A DNA stretch of 64,000 nt from an uncultured Holophaga sp. (GTDB lineage: Bacteria; Acidobacteriota; Holophagae; Holophagales; Holophagaceae). Below the pieces are notes generated by a model that was not told where the DNA came from, made no database searches, and saw nothing but the letters and a program-made list of their open reading frames with translations. Positions 1-9,228 of the stretch are shown in pieces; position 1 is the stretch's first letter; the number at the start of each line of letters is the position of its first letter. The translations under genes and the position numbers were made by a program. The stretch is taken from contig OY761614.1 in assembly GCA_963664825.1 (NCBI GenBank), positions 3,296,001 to 3,360,000 of the forward strand. Reading direction: 5' to 3'.

Positions 1-2043
1 GGGGCCCCTACCGAGGGCCAGAGCCTGCATACCATCGCCTTGGCCCGCCAACTCTCCGAACGCCAGATCGCCGGTTTCGTTCTCCAGCGCGGCGTGACCC
101 AGGCCGAGCTCCTGGGGATGCTGAAGATCCTCATCCTCAAGCCCACCAAACTGGAGGAATTGGGGGGGGTGGCCAAGGTCATGGCCGACCAGAGCCTCCA
201 GCACATCACCCTCAGCCAGACCCAATACAAGGAGATCCGCGAAGGCGAAGCCGAGGGCAAGGGCGATGTGGAATCCGCGGAAGCCCTGGCCGCCCAGCTC
301 CAAGCCGCCACGCCCCTCCTCGCCGATATCGCCAGCATGCTCCAGCGTTGGCAGGAGGGCCTGAAGGCCGGCCTGGAGAGCCGCGAGGATGCCATGACCC
401 GGGATCTCGCCTTCCTTGGGCCCATCGCCGAGGAAATGGGCTGGGGAAACGGATTCCCCGCCGCCCCTCAGATCGAGGCCCTGCGCCAGGCCCTGCAGGC
501 CCTTCCCGGTAAGGCCCTGCTCTCCATGCTGGGGGGGCTCGAGACCCTGCCCGAGACGCCGCCCTCCCTGGGTCTGGCCTTTCAATCCCTGGTCCCCGAA
601 CTCCTGGGCCATGCGGCCTCTAGTCTCCTCCAAGAGGGCACCTCCTGGGCCGACTTGAAGGATTCCCTCTTTGAACGGATCAAGGCCTCCCCCCAGCGCG
701 AACTCATGCTGGCCCAACTCCAGGGCCAGGGGCTGGAATCCGAGCGGATGCAAGAGCTTCTGAAGCAGCTCGACTGGGATAACCAGACCCTGGACGAGAA
801 GGTGAATCGGGCCACCACGGAGGCCGCCCTCTGGAACCTGAGCCCCGATCAGCGCCTATCCTTGCTCCGGGATCTGCTGGACCTGAACCGCCCGGAGCAA
901 TTCCTCCAGCTGCTCGAACTCTTCTTGGAACAGCTCACCTCCGAGGACGCGGAAAGGCGCCGGGGGGCCGCCAAGGGACTGGCGGCCGTGGCCCAATGGA
1001 TGGAGGAACCCGGTCTGCCCCTGGAAGCCCAGGGGCCGCTCATCCAGGGACTCGTGGCCCACTTCGGCTGGGAGCCCCTCGCCCCCCTTCATGCCATCAC
1101 CACCGAGACCCTGGAAGGCATCCTGGCCTGCCTGGTGAACCTGGGGGAATTGCCCCAAGCCCAGAGCGTATTCCTGGAACTGGAGGGCCTCTGCGCCTTC
1201 CTGGACGATAACCAGGAGTGGCGGGGCCTGGCCCTGGCCAAGCTCCGGGGACGCCTCACGGCCGGGGATCTGATGGGGGCGACCGTGGGCAGGCTCCACG
1301 CCGTGGAGGCCGAGGAGATGCTCACCACGCTCATCCCCTACTTCGAATTCCTGGGGGAACCCGCCGCACGCTACCTGGTCAATATCCTGGGGGAGGAACC
1401 GGATCGCAAGCGCCGTGGGCGACTGCTGGATGTCATCCGGGTGATGGGCCCCATCGCCATTCCCGCCCTCCAGGAGGGGCTCCATTCCCCCACCTGGTAC
1501 TTCGTCCGCAATACGCTCAATCTCCTGGCCGATATGGGCGATGCGGGGCTCCTCAGCGATGTGGAGGCCTGTCTCCGACACGCCGATGGCCGTGTGCGCC
1601 GCTCGGCGGTGCGGGCGCTGTGGAAGCTGGGAGGCCCCGCCGCTGGTGAACCCCTCTTGGCTTGTCTCCCGGGCACCGATCCCGAAACCCAGATGGAGAT
1701 CCTCTTCGGCCTGGGCCAGATCCAGGTCCCCGAGGCCGTCCCCAATATCCTGGAACTGGCCAAGCATGCCGGAACCTCCGAGCGCCTGCGGATCAAGGCG
1801 ATCGAGACCCTGGGCCAGATCGCGTCTCCCGCCGCCGTGCCCGGGCTCCTGGAGCTCATCCGCCGCAAGGGGCGCATCTTTACCAGCGCCGAGGCCACCG
1901 AGATCCGGATCGCCAGCGCCCGCGCCCTCTTGGCCATCGGAACGCCCCAGGCGGAGCTGGGGCTCCGACAGGTGGTGGCCGACGAATCCCGTCACCAGGA
2001 CCGGGACGCCCTCCAGCGGATCCTGGACCTCTCCAAGGCCTGA
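1..2043 (+). CDS. HEAT-repeat protein (5' truncated by window edge)
   Basis: Frame is open from base 1; C-terminal HEAT/PBS-lyase-like repeats (WYFVRNTLNLL, DGRVRRSAVRAL, ERLRIKAIETLG); paralog of 3131..5584. Confidence 0.8.
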   Translation, partial: GAPTEGQSLHTIALARQLSERQIAGFVLQRGVTQAELLGMLKILILKPTKLEELGGVAKVMADQSLQHITLSQTQYKEIREGEAEGKGDVESAEALAAQLQAATPLLADIASMLQRWQEGLKAGLESREDAMTRDLAFLGPIAEEMGWGNGFPAAPQIEALRQALQALPGKALLSMLGGLETLPETPPSLGLAFQSLVPELLGHAASSLLQEGTSWADLKDSLFERIKASPQRELMLAQLQGQGLESERMQELLKQLDWDNQTLDEKVNRATTEAALWNLSPDQRLSLLRDLLDLNRPEQFLQLLELFLEQLTSEDAERRRGAAKGLAAVAQWMEEPGLPLEAQGPLIQGLVAHFGWEPLAPLHAITTETLEGILACLVNLGELPQAQSVFLELEGLCAFLDDNQEWRGLALAKLRGRLTAGDLMGATVGRLHAVEAEEMLTTLIPYFEFLGEPAARYLVNILGEEPDRKRRGRLLDVIRVMGPIAIPALQEGLHSPTWYFVRNTLNLLADMGDAGLLSDVEACLRHADGRVRRSAVRALWKLGGPAAGEPLLACLPGTDPETQMEILFGLGQIQVPEAVPNILELAKHAGTSERLRIKAIETLGQIASPAAVPGLLELIRRKGRIFTSAEATEIRIASARALLAIGTPQAELGLRQVVADESRHQDRDALQRILDLSKA

Positions 2044-2049
2044 GCCCAG

Positions 2050-3114
2050 ATGCCCGCCACCCCCGAACCCCGGCAACTGATGGAGGCCTTCGAGGCCTTC
2101 ACCGCCGCCAGCGAACAGCTCCAGGAGCGCTACGAATCCCTCCAGGGCCAGCTCAAGCGCCTTCAGAGCGAACTGGAGACCGTCATCGAGGCCGTGCCCT
2201 TCGCCATCTGGGTGCTGGGCGAGGAAGGCGAATTGCGTTTCTCCAACCGGACCGAGGGCATGGCTGGCACCTTCCAGGATGGTCCCCCCCCTTGGGCCCC
2301 CGGCGCTCCCGCGGGGCTTCGCCGCCTCCTGGATGCGGAGGGGCACGAGCGATTTTTTGAACAGGAGAGCCGCCCGACGGGTTCGGGCCGCATCATCACC
2401 CTGCGGGATGTCACAGAGGCCCATCTCCGGGCCCAGCAGGCCACCCGGGAAGAGCGCCTGCAGGCCATGGGCCTCATGGCCGCCGAACTGGCCCACGAGA
2501 TCCGCAACCCCCTGGGCAGCCTGGCGCTTTTTTCGGGGATGCTGGTGGAGGATCTCGCGGAGCAACCCGCCCAACTGGAACTCGCCCAGCGTGTTCAGGA
2601 GGGCGTCCAGCGCATGAATACCCTGGTGACCAATACGCTCACCTTCAGCCGGGATCTGACGCCCAAGGTTTCCCCTTTGCCCCTGGCGGCCTTCTGGGAG
2701 AGCGTCAAGGCCTCCTCGGGCCTTCCCGAGGCCATTGCCTGGGAGAACCGGATTCCCCCAGAGGCCCTCTGGAACGCCGATCCGGACCTGATCCGCCAGG
2801 TGGCCGTGAATCTCCTGCAGAACGCCTCCCGGGCCATGGAGGACCGGGATTCGCCCCGGCTCATCCTCGGCGCCGTCCGGGAGCTCCTGGACGGCGTTCC
2901 CCACTGGCATGTAGTGCTGGAGGACAACGGCTGCGGCATTCCCCCGGAGGCCCTCACCCGCATCTTCGACCCCTTCTTCAGCACCTTCGGAGGGGGAACA
3001 GGGCTCGGCCTGGCCGTGAGCCACCGCATCCTGGTGGCCCATGGTGGACTCCTCCACCTCGAGAGTCGGGCCGACCGGGGCACCAAAGTCCATCTCAGGT
3101 TGCCCGCAGCCTAG
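2050..3114 (+). CDS. Cytoplasmic sensor histidine kinase, FleS/FlrB-like
   Basis: H-box LAHEIRNPL, N-box NLLQNA, G1 DNGCGI, F-box FDPFFST, G2 GTGLGL; N-terminal AFEAFTAASEQLQERY coiled coil; no TM segment. Confidence 0.88.
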   Translation: MPATPEPRQLMEAFEAFTAASEQLQERYESLQGQLKRLQSELETVIEAVPFAIWVLGEEGELRFSNRTEGMAGTFQDGPPPWAPGAPAGLRRLLDAEGHERFFEQESRPTGSGRIITLRDVTEAHLRAQQATREERLQAMGLMAAELAHEIRNPLGSLALFSGMLVEDLAEQPAQLELAQRVQEGVQRMNTLVTNTLTFSRDLTPKVSPLPLAAFWESVKASSGLPEAIAWENRIPPEALWNADPDLIRQVAVNLLQNASRAMEDRDSPRLILGAVRELLDGVPHWHVVLEDNGCGIPPEALTRIFDPFFSTFGGGTGLGLAVSHRILVAHGGLLHLESRADRGTKVHLRLPAA

Positions 3115-3130
3115 GCTAGGATAAAAGGGC

Positions 3131-5584
3131 ATGATCAACCCCAAGTCCCTGACCACTCTCGCCGAGCTGCTCCATCGAGCACTCAAGGCGCAGTCTCACT
3201 ACGCCCAGGATCATCCCCAGGCGGTGCAGACCGTCGAAGCGGTGCAGGCCTGCCTGGATGGGCTCCTGCGGGAGGAGAGTCCCCTCATCCTCACCTGTTC
3301 CCGGAACAAGCTCTGGTGCCAGGGCCGTTGCCTGGAAGGGGCTCCGAACGCCACCCAGGCCCTCGCGAAGGAACTGGAGAGCCGGAGCATGGGCGGCCTG
3401 GTCTTTCATGCGGGGCTCGACACGGACGAATTGCAGCTCCTCTTTTTCGCCCTCCAGCTTCGCCCCCAGCGCCTTCAGGAGATGGGCGGGCCCGATAGCC
3501 TCTTCCCCGAAGGGAGCAGCCTGCGGGCCCTCCGACTGGAACCCCTCGCCGGGGAGTCTGAGGCCCTGCCGCCCACGGTGGGGGGAGGCCTAGCCCCCGA
3601 GCACCTCCCGCCCCCCACGGTTTCGAGCGCCACTGGCTCCATTCCACTCATTCCCCTGGATGAAGTCTGGGCGGGCACCTTCCCCACGGAAGGAGGTCCC
3701 GCGCCCACGGCTGATCCGGTCCCGGCGCCGCTTCCCACACCCGAGCCTGCGCCCGAGCCCGTGGATGAACCACCTTCCCCGGCGGCCCTCAAGGTCGATC
3801 TCCGCAGCCTCTTCGGCGCGGTGGTCCAGATGACGGCCGTTCCCTTGAGGCCCTCTGTCGACTCACCCTGGTCCTCGGAGCAGCGCGAGGTGCTCAAGGA
3901 ATGCGGTTTCCTCCAACCGGATTTCAGTTCCATCGCTGGCACCAGCGCCCAGCTCGGACTGGGGCGCATGGACCCGGTCACCCTGCGGGATGCCCTCCGG
4001 GGAGCCCTTTCGGCGCTGGACCCCATGACCCAGGGCCACATTCTCCTGGGACTCCCCACCTTCCCTTCGGAAGAGCAGGCCCTCCGTCGCGCCCTGGATT
4101 ACCTGGGGCCCGAACTCCTCGCTACAGCCGTAGCCGATGTCCATGTGCGCCTGGCCCCCTCCCGCTTCACCCTCGCCCTGTTGGTGGCCTCCCTCCTCCA
4201 GTGCGTCAAGGATCGCGAGCTCTCCCTGGAAGCCATCCGCGGACGCCTCCAGTTCGAAGGCTGGACTATCCAGGATGTGGATGCCCTCAAGGACGCCATC
4301 CTCTGGGAATGCCACGGCACCGACACCAAGCTGCGCATGAGTCTCATGGATCGCGGCGTCTTCGAGCTGGATGCCCACCAGGTGACGATCCTCCTCCGCC
4401 AATTGGTACGCGGGAAGCGGGGCGAGGGTCTCAAGGACCTCCTCAACCAGTTGCAGGGCGGCTTCGCCAGCCCGGAGGTGCGACGCCGCCGCCTAGCCTC
4501 CGAGATCGTGGCCGATCTCGCCGAATGCCTAGACGAACCGGCCCTGACTTCGGAGAACATCCTGAGCCTGGAACGGACCCTGCACGAGCACATCCTCCAG
4601 GAGAGCGATCCCCAATCGGGTCTCTGGAGCTGCCAATCCATGGAGGCGCTGCTGGGCCACTGGCTGCGCAAATCGAATTTCGAGGGCGTCTACCGGGAGA
4701 TGCTGGCCCTGGGCGAACTGGCCCTCACACGTACGGAAACGCCCGAATGGAAGGCCCAGGCCGTGCGGGATCTGCTCTTCCGCATCGCGAGCCCCGGCAA
4801 CATGGCCACCCTGACCGATCTGCTCCATAACCCCGACACCCAGATCTCCAGGAGCCAGCTCCATTCCCTCCTGGCCTTGCTGGGGCGCCCGGCGGCGGCG
4901 CATCTCACCATGTGCCTGGAGATGGAAGAGAACGCGGGACGCCGTGCCAACCTCGTCGACGCGCTGCGGGCCATCGGGCGCAACGCGGTGCCGGCCCTCA
5001 AGGAGGCCCTGGCCTCCCCCAATCCCTCCCACGTGCGCAACGCCCTGCTCCTGCTGGGGGAGATCGGCCACAAGCCGGCCTTCCCCGATGTGGCCCTGGC
5101 CCTCGAACATCGGGATCTGCCCGTGCGCCGAGCGGCGGTGGCGGCTGTAGCGGTCCTCGGGGAAGGCTCCCAGGCGGCCCAGGCCCTCTCGGCGGCCCTG
5201 GGGCGTTCCGAACCGGGACTCCAGTTGGAGATTCTCGCGGTCCTTTCGGACCTGAAGGATGCCGTCTCCGTGCCAGCCGTCGCCGAACTGCTGCACAGCG
5301 CCAAGGGTTCCACGGAGGAATCCACCCGGATTCGCCTCCGGGCCCTGGAGACCCTGGGCATCATCGGGTCGCCGGAGGCCATCCCACCCCTCCAGGATAT
5401 CTTCCGAAAGAAGGGCATCCTGGGCGGACGCGAAAGCACGGCCCTCCGGCTCGCCGCGGCCAAGTCCCTGGCGGCCATCAATACCCGCGAGGCCAGGGAG
5501 GCCATTGCCCTGGCCATGGACGGGGAACCCCACGAGGAAGTCCGCGCTGTCCTGCGCCAGTATTTGGTCGGCGGGAACGCCTGA
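3131..5584 (+). CDS. HEAT-repeat protein with Pro-rich linker
   Basis: 817 aa; C-terminal HEAT repeats (HVRNALLLLGEIG, RLRALETLG); resembles the ORF at 1..2043. Confidence 0.8.
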   Translation: MINPKSLTTLAELLHRALKAQSHYAQDHPQAVQTVEAVQACLDGLLREESPLILTCSRNKLWCQGRCLEGAPNATQALAKELESRSMGGLVFHAGLDTDELQLLFFALQLRPQRLQEMGGPDSLFPEGSSLRALRLEPLAGESEALPPTVGGGLAPEHLPPPTVSSATGSIPLIPLDEVWAGTFPTEGGPAPTADPVPAPLPTPEPAPEPVDEPPSPAALKVDLRSLFGAVVQMTAVPLRPSVDSPWSSEQREVLKECGFLQPDFSSIAGTSAQLGLGRMDPVTLRDALRGALSALDPMTQGHILLGLPTFPSEEQALRRALDYLGPELLATAVADVHVRLAPSRFTLALLVASLLQCVKDRELSLEAIRGRLQFEGWTIQDVDALKDAILWECHGTDTKLRMSLMDRGVFELDAHQVTILLRQLVRGKRGEGLKDLLNQLQGGFASPEVRRRRLASEIVADLAECLDEPALTSENILSLERTLHEHILQESDPQSGLWSCQSMEALLGHWLRKSNFEGVYREMLALGELALTRTETPEWKAQAVRDLLFRIASPGNMATLTDLLHNPDTQISRSQLHSLLALLGRPAAAHLTMCLEMEENAGRRANLVDALRAIGRNAVPALKEALASPNPSHVRNALLLLGEIGHKPAFPDVALALEHRDLPVRRAAVAAVAVLGEGSQAAQALSAALGRSEPGLQLEILAVLSDLKDAVSVPAVAELLHSAKGSTEESTRIRLRALETLGIIGSPEAIPPLQDIFRKKGILGGRESTALRLAAAKSLAAINTREAREAIALAMDGEPHEEVRAVLRQYLVGGNA

Positions 5585-5630
5585 GCTATCCTAAGGGTTA
5601 GTGGATCTTTGAACCGGAATTGGAGGAAGC

Positions 5631-6146
5631 ATGTCCCTGCACATGATCGGCCCTGGCGTTAATGCCCCTGATATCGTCAACGCGGTCGTCGAGATCCCTT
5701 TCGGCTCACGCATCAAGTATGAGATCGACCACGTGACCAACCTGGTCAAGGTGGATCGCGTATTGTATTCGCCCATCCACTACCCCGCGGAATACGGCTA
5801 CATCCCCCACACCCTGGCCGATGATGGCGATCCCCTCGATATCCTTGTGCTGATCCAGGGCGCCACCTACCCCGGCGTGGTCATCGAGGCCCGGCCCATC
5901 GGAGCCCTGAAGATGCGGGACGACAAGGGCCAGGACGACAAGATCATGAGCGTGGCCGTCCATGATCCCAATTTCGCCCATGTCTTCGAGCTGAAGGATC
6001 TCGCCCCGCACATGCTGCGCGAGGTGGAGCACTTCTTCCTCACCTACAAGAACCTGGAGGCCAAGGATGTCCAGAGCCAGGGCTGGGTCGGGCTGGAGGA
6101 GGCCCGGGAGATCATCACCCAATCCACCCTGGCCTTCCGTTACTAG
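5631..6146 (+). CDS. ppa: Family I inorganic pyrophosphatase
   Basis: KYE, YPAEYG, DGDPLD, DDKI motifs; GGAGG RBS. Confidence 0.95.
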   Translation: MSLHMIGPGVNAPDIVNAVVEIPFGSRIKYEIDHVTNLVKVDRVLYSPIHYPAEYGYIPHTLADDGDPLDILVLIQGATYPGVVIEARPIGALKMRDDKGQDDKIMSVAVHDPNFAHVFELKDLAPHMLREVEHFFLTYKNLEAKDVQSQGWVGLEEAREIITQSTLAFRY

Positions 6147-6164
6147 GGAATGATTCACCACCAG

Positions 6165-6206
6165 ACGCGGAGGAGGGCCCCAAGGCATTCCTCCGCGTTC
6201 TTTTTT
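6165..6206 (+). terminator. Rho-independent terminator after ppa
   Basis: Stem ACGCGGAGGA/TCCTCCGCGT followed by TCTTTTTT. Confidence 0.75.
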
Positions 6207-6241
6207 CAGAGATCTCGGCTGTGAACCCGAGGCGAGGCCCC

Positions 6242-6928
6242 ATGAGCGTGATCTGCTTCGATCTGGATGGAACGCTGGTCAACCCGCTGCCGGCGGTGGC
6301 CTCCTGTGTGCGGAAAACCTGCGCCAACTTCGAGCTGCCCTGCCCGAGCCTGGAGGAGATCCGGCCCTTCATCGGCCCCACGGTCCGAGGGCTCTTCGCG
6401 GAGCGCCTGGGACTCCAGGCCCCCGACCGGTTGGACGAGGTCATGGCCGCCTACTGGGAAATCTTCGGCGAGGAGGGCATCTTCCAGCACCAGGTCTACG
6501 ACGGCGCCCAGATGCTCTTGGGGCGCCTCAAACGCCAGGACCACCAAATTTTTGTGGTGACCGCCAAGCCGGCCCCCTTCGCCCGCCGGGTGGCCCATCA
6601 TCTGGATCTGAATCTGCTGATCGACGAGATCTTCGGTCCGGCCCCCAGCGAGGCCTGGCCGGGCAAGGTCGCCTTCATGAAGGCCCTCTGCAAGGGCGGC
6701 GCCTTCAGCCAGGGTGGCTACCTGGTGGGCGATCGGGGCGCCGATATGGAGGCCGCAAGAGAAGCTCAGCTCCGGCCCTTGGGCGCCACCTGGGGCTTCG
6801 GCAGCCCAGAGGAGCTGCTCCGGCACGGCGCCGAGCGACTATTCGACGGAATTTCCTCTCTGGATGCCTGGTTCGGCCAGGAACTCCCGGGCCCGGAGTC
6901 CCATGATCTGATGACGCGGGCCGAGTAA
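6242..6928 (+). CDS. HAD-family phosphatase (phosphoglycolate phosphatase-like)
   Basis: FDLDGTL motif I, VVTAK, VGDRGADM; ATG at 6242 preferred over GTG at 6221. Confidence 0.85.
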   Translation: MSVICFDLDGTLVNPLPAVASCVRKTCANFELPCPSLEEIRPFIGPTVRGLFAERLGLQAPDRLDEVMAAYWEIFGEEGIFQHQVYDGAQMLLGRLKRQDHQIFVVTAKPAPFARRVAHHLDLNLLIDEIFGPAPSEAWPGKVAFMKALCKGGAFSQGGYLVGDRGADMEAAREAQLRPLGATWGFGSPEELLRHGAERLFDGISSLDAWFGQELPGPESHDLMTRAE

Positions 6929-7104
6929 GACTTCATTCAAAACCAAAATCGCCTTGAAATGCGGGCCTCGCACAGGCGACGGGCGGCATTTCGAGTCGCG
7001 GCGCATGTCTTCCTGTTGCCATATCCGCAACTGGTAGTAAAACTGTGCTGAAGAATCCAGACCAGCTGTCCTGAATCCCTTCTGGAACGCTAAGGAGAAA
7101 AGTC

Positions 7105-9144
7105 GTGCCTAAGTCCCCTTCTGCACCACGGGTCGCGGCAATCGTCGGCCCCTTCATGTCCGGAAAGACCACGTTATTGGAGAGCCTGCTCTTCGCGTCC
7201 GGCGCCATCCCGCGCAAGGGCTCGATCAAGGAAGGCAATTGCGTGGGGGATTTCTCTCCGGAATCCCGGGCCCGGCAGATGAGCCTCGATGCGGACGTGG
7301 CCAGCATCAACTACCTGGAGGAAGCCTGGACCTTCATCGCCTGCCCCGGTTCCGTGGAATTCCGACAGGAGATGGACGGCGCCCTGATGGTGGCCGACGC
7401 GGCCATCGTCGTGGTGGAGCCCGATCCCAATCGCGCCATGATGGCCGCTCCCATCCTGAAGTTCCTCGATGAGCGGCAGATTCCGCACCTCATCTTCGTC
7501 AACAAGATGGATGGCGCGGAAGCCGCCAAGTACCTCGGCGCCACCGTCGAAGCCCTCCAGACCTGGTCGGCCAGCCCGCTGGTGCTGCGTCAGTGCCCCA
7601 TCATCGAGGGCGATGCCCTGAACGGCTACGTGGATCTCTCCTTTGAGCGCGCCTTCCACTACAACCCCCACCAGGAATCCACACGCATCGAGGTGCCCGA
7701 CAACCTCAAGGCCGAGGTCACGGCGGCCCGCCTGGAGATGCTGGAGAAGATCTGCGCCCTGGACGACGACCTCATGGCCATGCTGCTCGACGAGCGCATG
7801 CCCGGCATGGAGGAAGTCTTCAAGGTCATGCGGGGCGGATTCCAAGATGCCAAGCTGGTGCCCGTCCTCTTCGGCAGTGCCGAGCGCGATGGTGGCGTGC
7901 GGCGCATCCTCAAGCTCCTGCGCCATGAGGCTCCCGAGGCCCCTGTCACCGCGGCCCGCAACAACCTGCCCTCGGACACCACCTTGGCCCAGGTCTGGAA
8001 GACCGTCCATGCCGTGCATGTGGGCAAGCAGAACTACGTGCGGGTCTGGAAAGGCGAGATCAATGACGGCGCCACCCTCGGAGGCGTGCGCGTCTCGGGT
8101 CTGAACAAGCTCTTCGGCCAGAAGCAGGACAAGGTGATCAAGGCCGTCGCCGGTGAGATCGTGGCGCTGGGTCGCATGGACCCCATCAAGACGGGCCACG
8201 GCCTCACCGCCCAGCTCCAGCCCCTCGAACTGGATTGGCCAGCCTCGCCCCAGCCCGTGCTGCCCATCTCCCTCAAGGCCACCAAGGCAGGCGAGGAAGT
8301 GAAACTCTCCAGCGCGCTGGCCAAGCTGGTGGAGGAGGATCTCTCCTTCCGGCTGGAGCAGAATATCGAGACCCAGGAACGCATCCTGTGGGGCCAGGGC
8401 GAGATCCACCTCAAGAACGGCGTGGCCCGGCTGAAGTCGAAATACAACGTGGAAGTCGCCTCCGAGAAGCCCCTGGTGCCCTACCGGGAGACCATCAAGA
8501 AGGGCTGCGAAGTCCACGGTCGCCACAAGCGCCAGACCGGCGGCCACGGCCAGTTCGGCGATGTCCACTTCCGCATCAAGCCGCTCCTCCGGGGCGAAGG
8601 CGTCCACTTCAGCGAGGAGATCGTCGGTGGCGTCGTGCCCCGCAACTACATCCCCGCCGTCGAAGAGGGCGTCATCGACTACTGCAAGCAGGGTCCCCTG
8701 GGATTCCCAGTGGTGGATCTCTCCGTCTGCCTCTTCTTCGGCAGCTACCACGACGTGGACAGCTCGGATATGGCCTTCAAGACCGCGGCGCGCATCGGCA
8801 TGCAGGAGGGCCTGCCCATGTGCACCCCGGTATTATTGGAGCCCATCCTGGAGATCCAGATTTCCGTTCCCAGCGAGCACACCAGCAAGGCCCAGCGCAT
8901 GGTGACGGGCCACCGCGCCGGTCAGATACTGGGCTATGACGCCAAGGAGGGCTGGCCCGGCTGGGACGTGGTCAACGCCTACCTGCCCCAGAGCGAGATG
9001 AACGATCTCATCATCGAGATCCGCTCCCAGACCATGGGCGTGGGATTTTTCACCTGGGCCTTCCATCACCTGGCCGAACTCGAAGGCCGCGACGCCGACA
9101 AGATCGTCGAAGCCCGCAAGAAGTCCCTGGAACACCACGCTTAA
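7105..9144 (+). CDS. Elongation factor G-like paralog (EF-G2) with degenerate GTPase motifs
   Basis: GPFMSGKTT, NKMD, GQGEIHL, RQTGGHGQFG, GSYHDVDSS, LLEPI; AAGGAG RBS before GTG. Confidence 0.9.
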   Translation: MPKSPSAPRVAAIVGPFMSGKTTLLESLLFASGAIPRKGSIKEGNCVGDFSPESRARQMSLDADVASINYLEEAWTFIACPGSVEFRQEMDGALMVADAAIVVVEPDPNRAMMAAPILKFLDERQIPHLIFVNKMDGAEAAKYLGATVEALQTWSASPLVLRQCPIIEGDALNGYVDLSFERAFHYNPHQESTRIEVPDNLKAEVTAARLEMLEKICALDDDLMAMLLDERMPGMEEVFKVMRGGFQDAKLVPVLFGSAERDGGVRRILKLLRHEAPEAPVTAARNNLPSDTTLAQVWKTVHAVHVGKQNYVRVWKGEINDGATLGGVRVSGLNKLFGQKQDKVIKAVAGEIVALGRMDPIKTGHGLTAQLQPLELDWPASPQPVLPISLKATKAGEEVKLSSALAKLVEEDLSFRLEQNIETQERILWGQGEIHLKNGVARLKSKYNVEVASEKPLVPYRETIKKGCEVHGRHKRQTGGHGQFGDVHFRIKPLLRGEGVHFSEEIVGGVVPRNYIPAVEEGVIDYCKQGPLGFPVVDLSVCLFFGSYHDVDSSDMAFKTAARIGMQEGLPMCTPVLLEPILEIQISVPSEHTSKAQRMVTGHRAGQILGYDAKEGWPGWDVVNAYLPQSEMNDLIIEIRSQTMGVGFFTWAFHHLAELEGRDADKIVEARKKSLEHHA

Positions 9145-9178
9145 AATTACCTTCGGTAATTTTAAAAGTTACAAAAGA

Positions 9179-9203
9179 AGCGCCCCGGCCCTGTCGGGGC
9201 GCT
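9179..9203. terminator. GC-rich hairpin, possible terminator
   Basis: AGCGCCCCGG/TCGGGGCGCT stem; A-rich 5' flank gives a U-tract on the minus strand. Confidence 0.5.
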
Positions 9204-9228
9204 GCGCGTACGGGGCTATTCTTGAGTC

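Noticed and set aside
856..3186. Long antisense ORF (also 7174-8751, 9169-10389, 23343-24713, 62646-63857 and others)
   Set aside because: Shadow frames of recognisable genes in GC-rich DNA, with no family motifs
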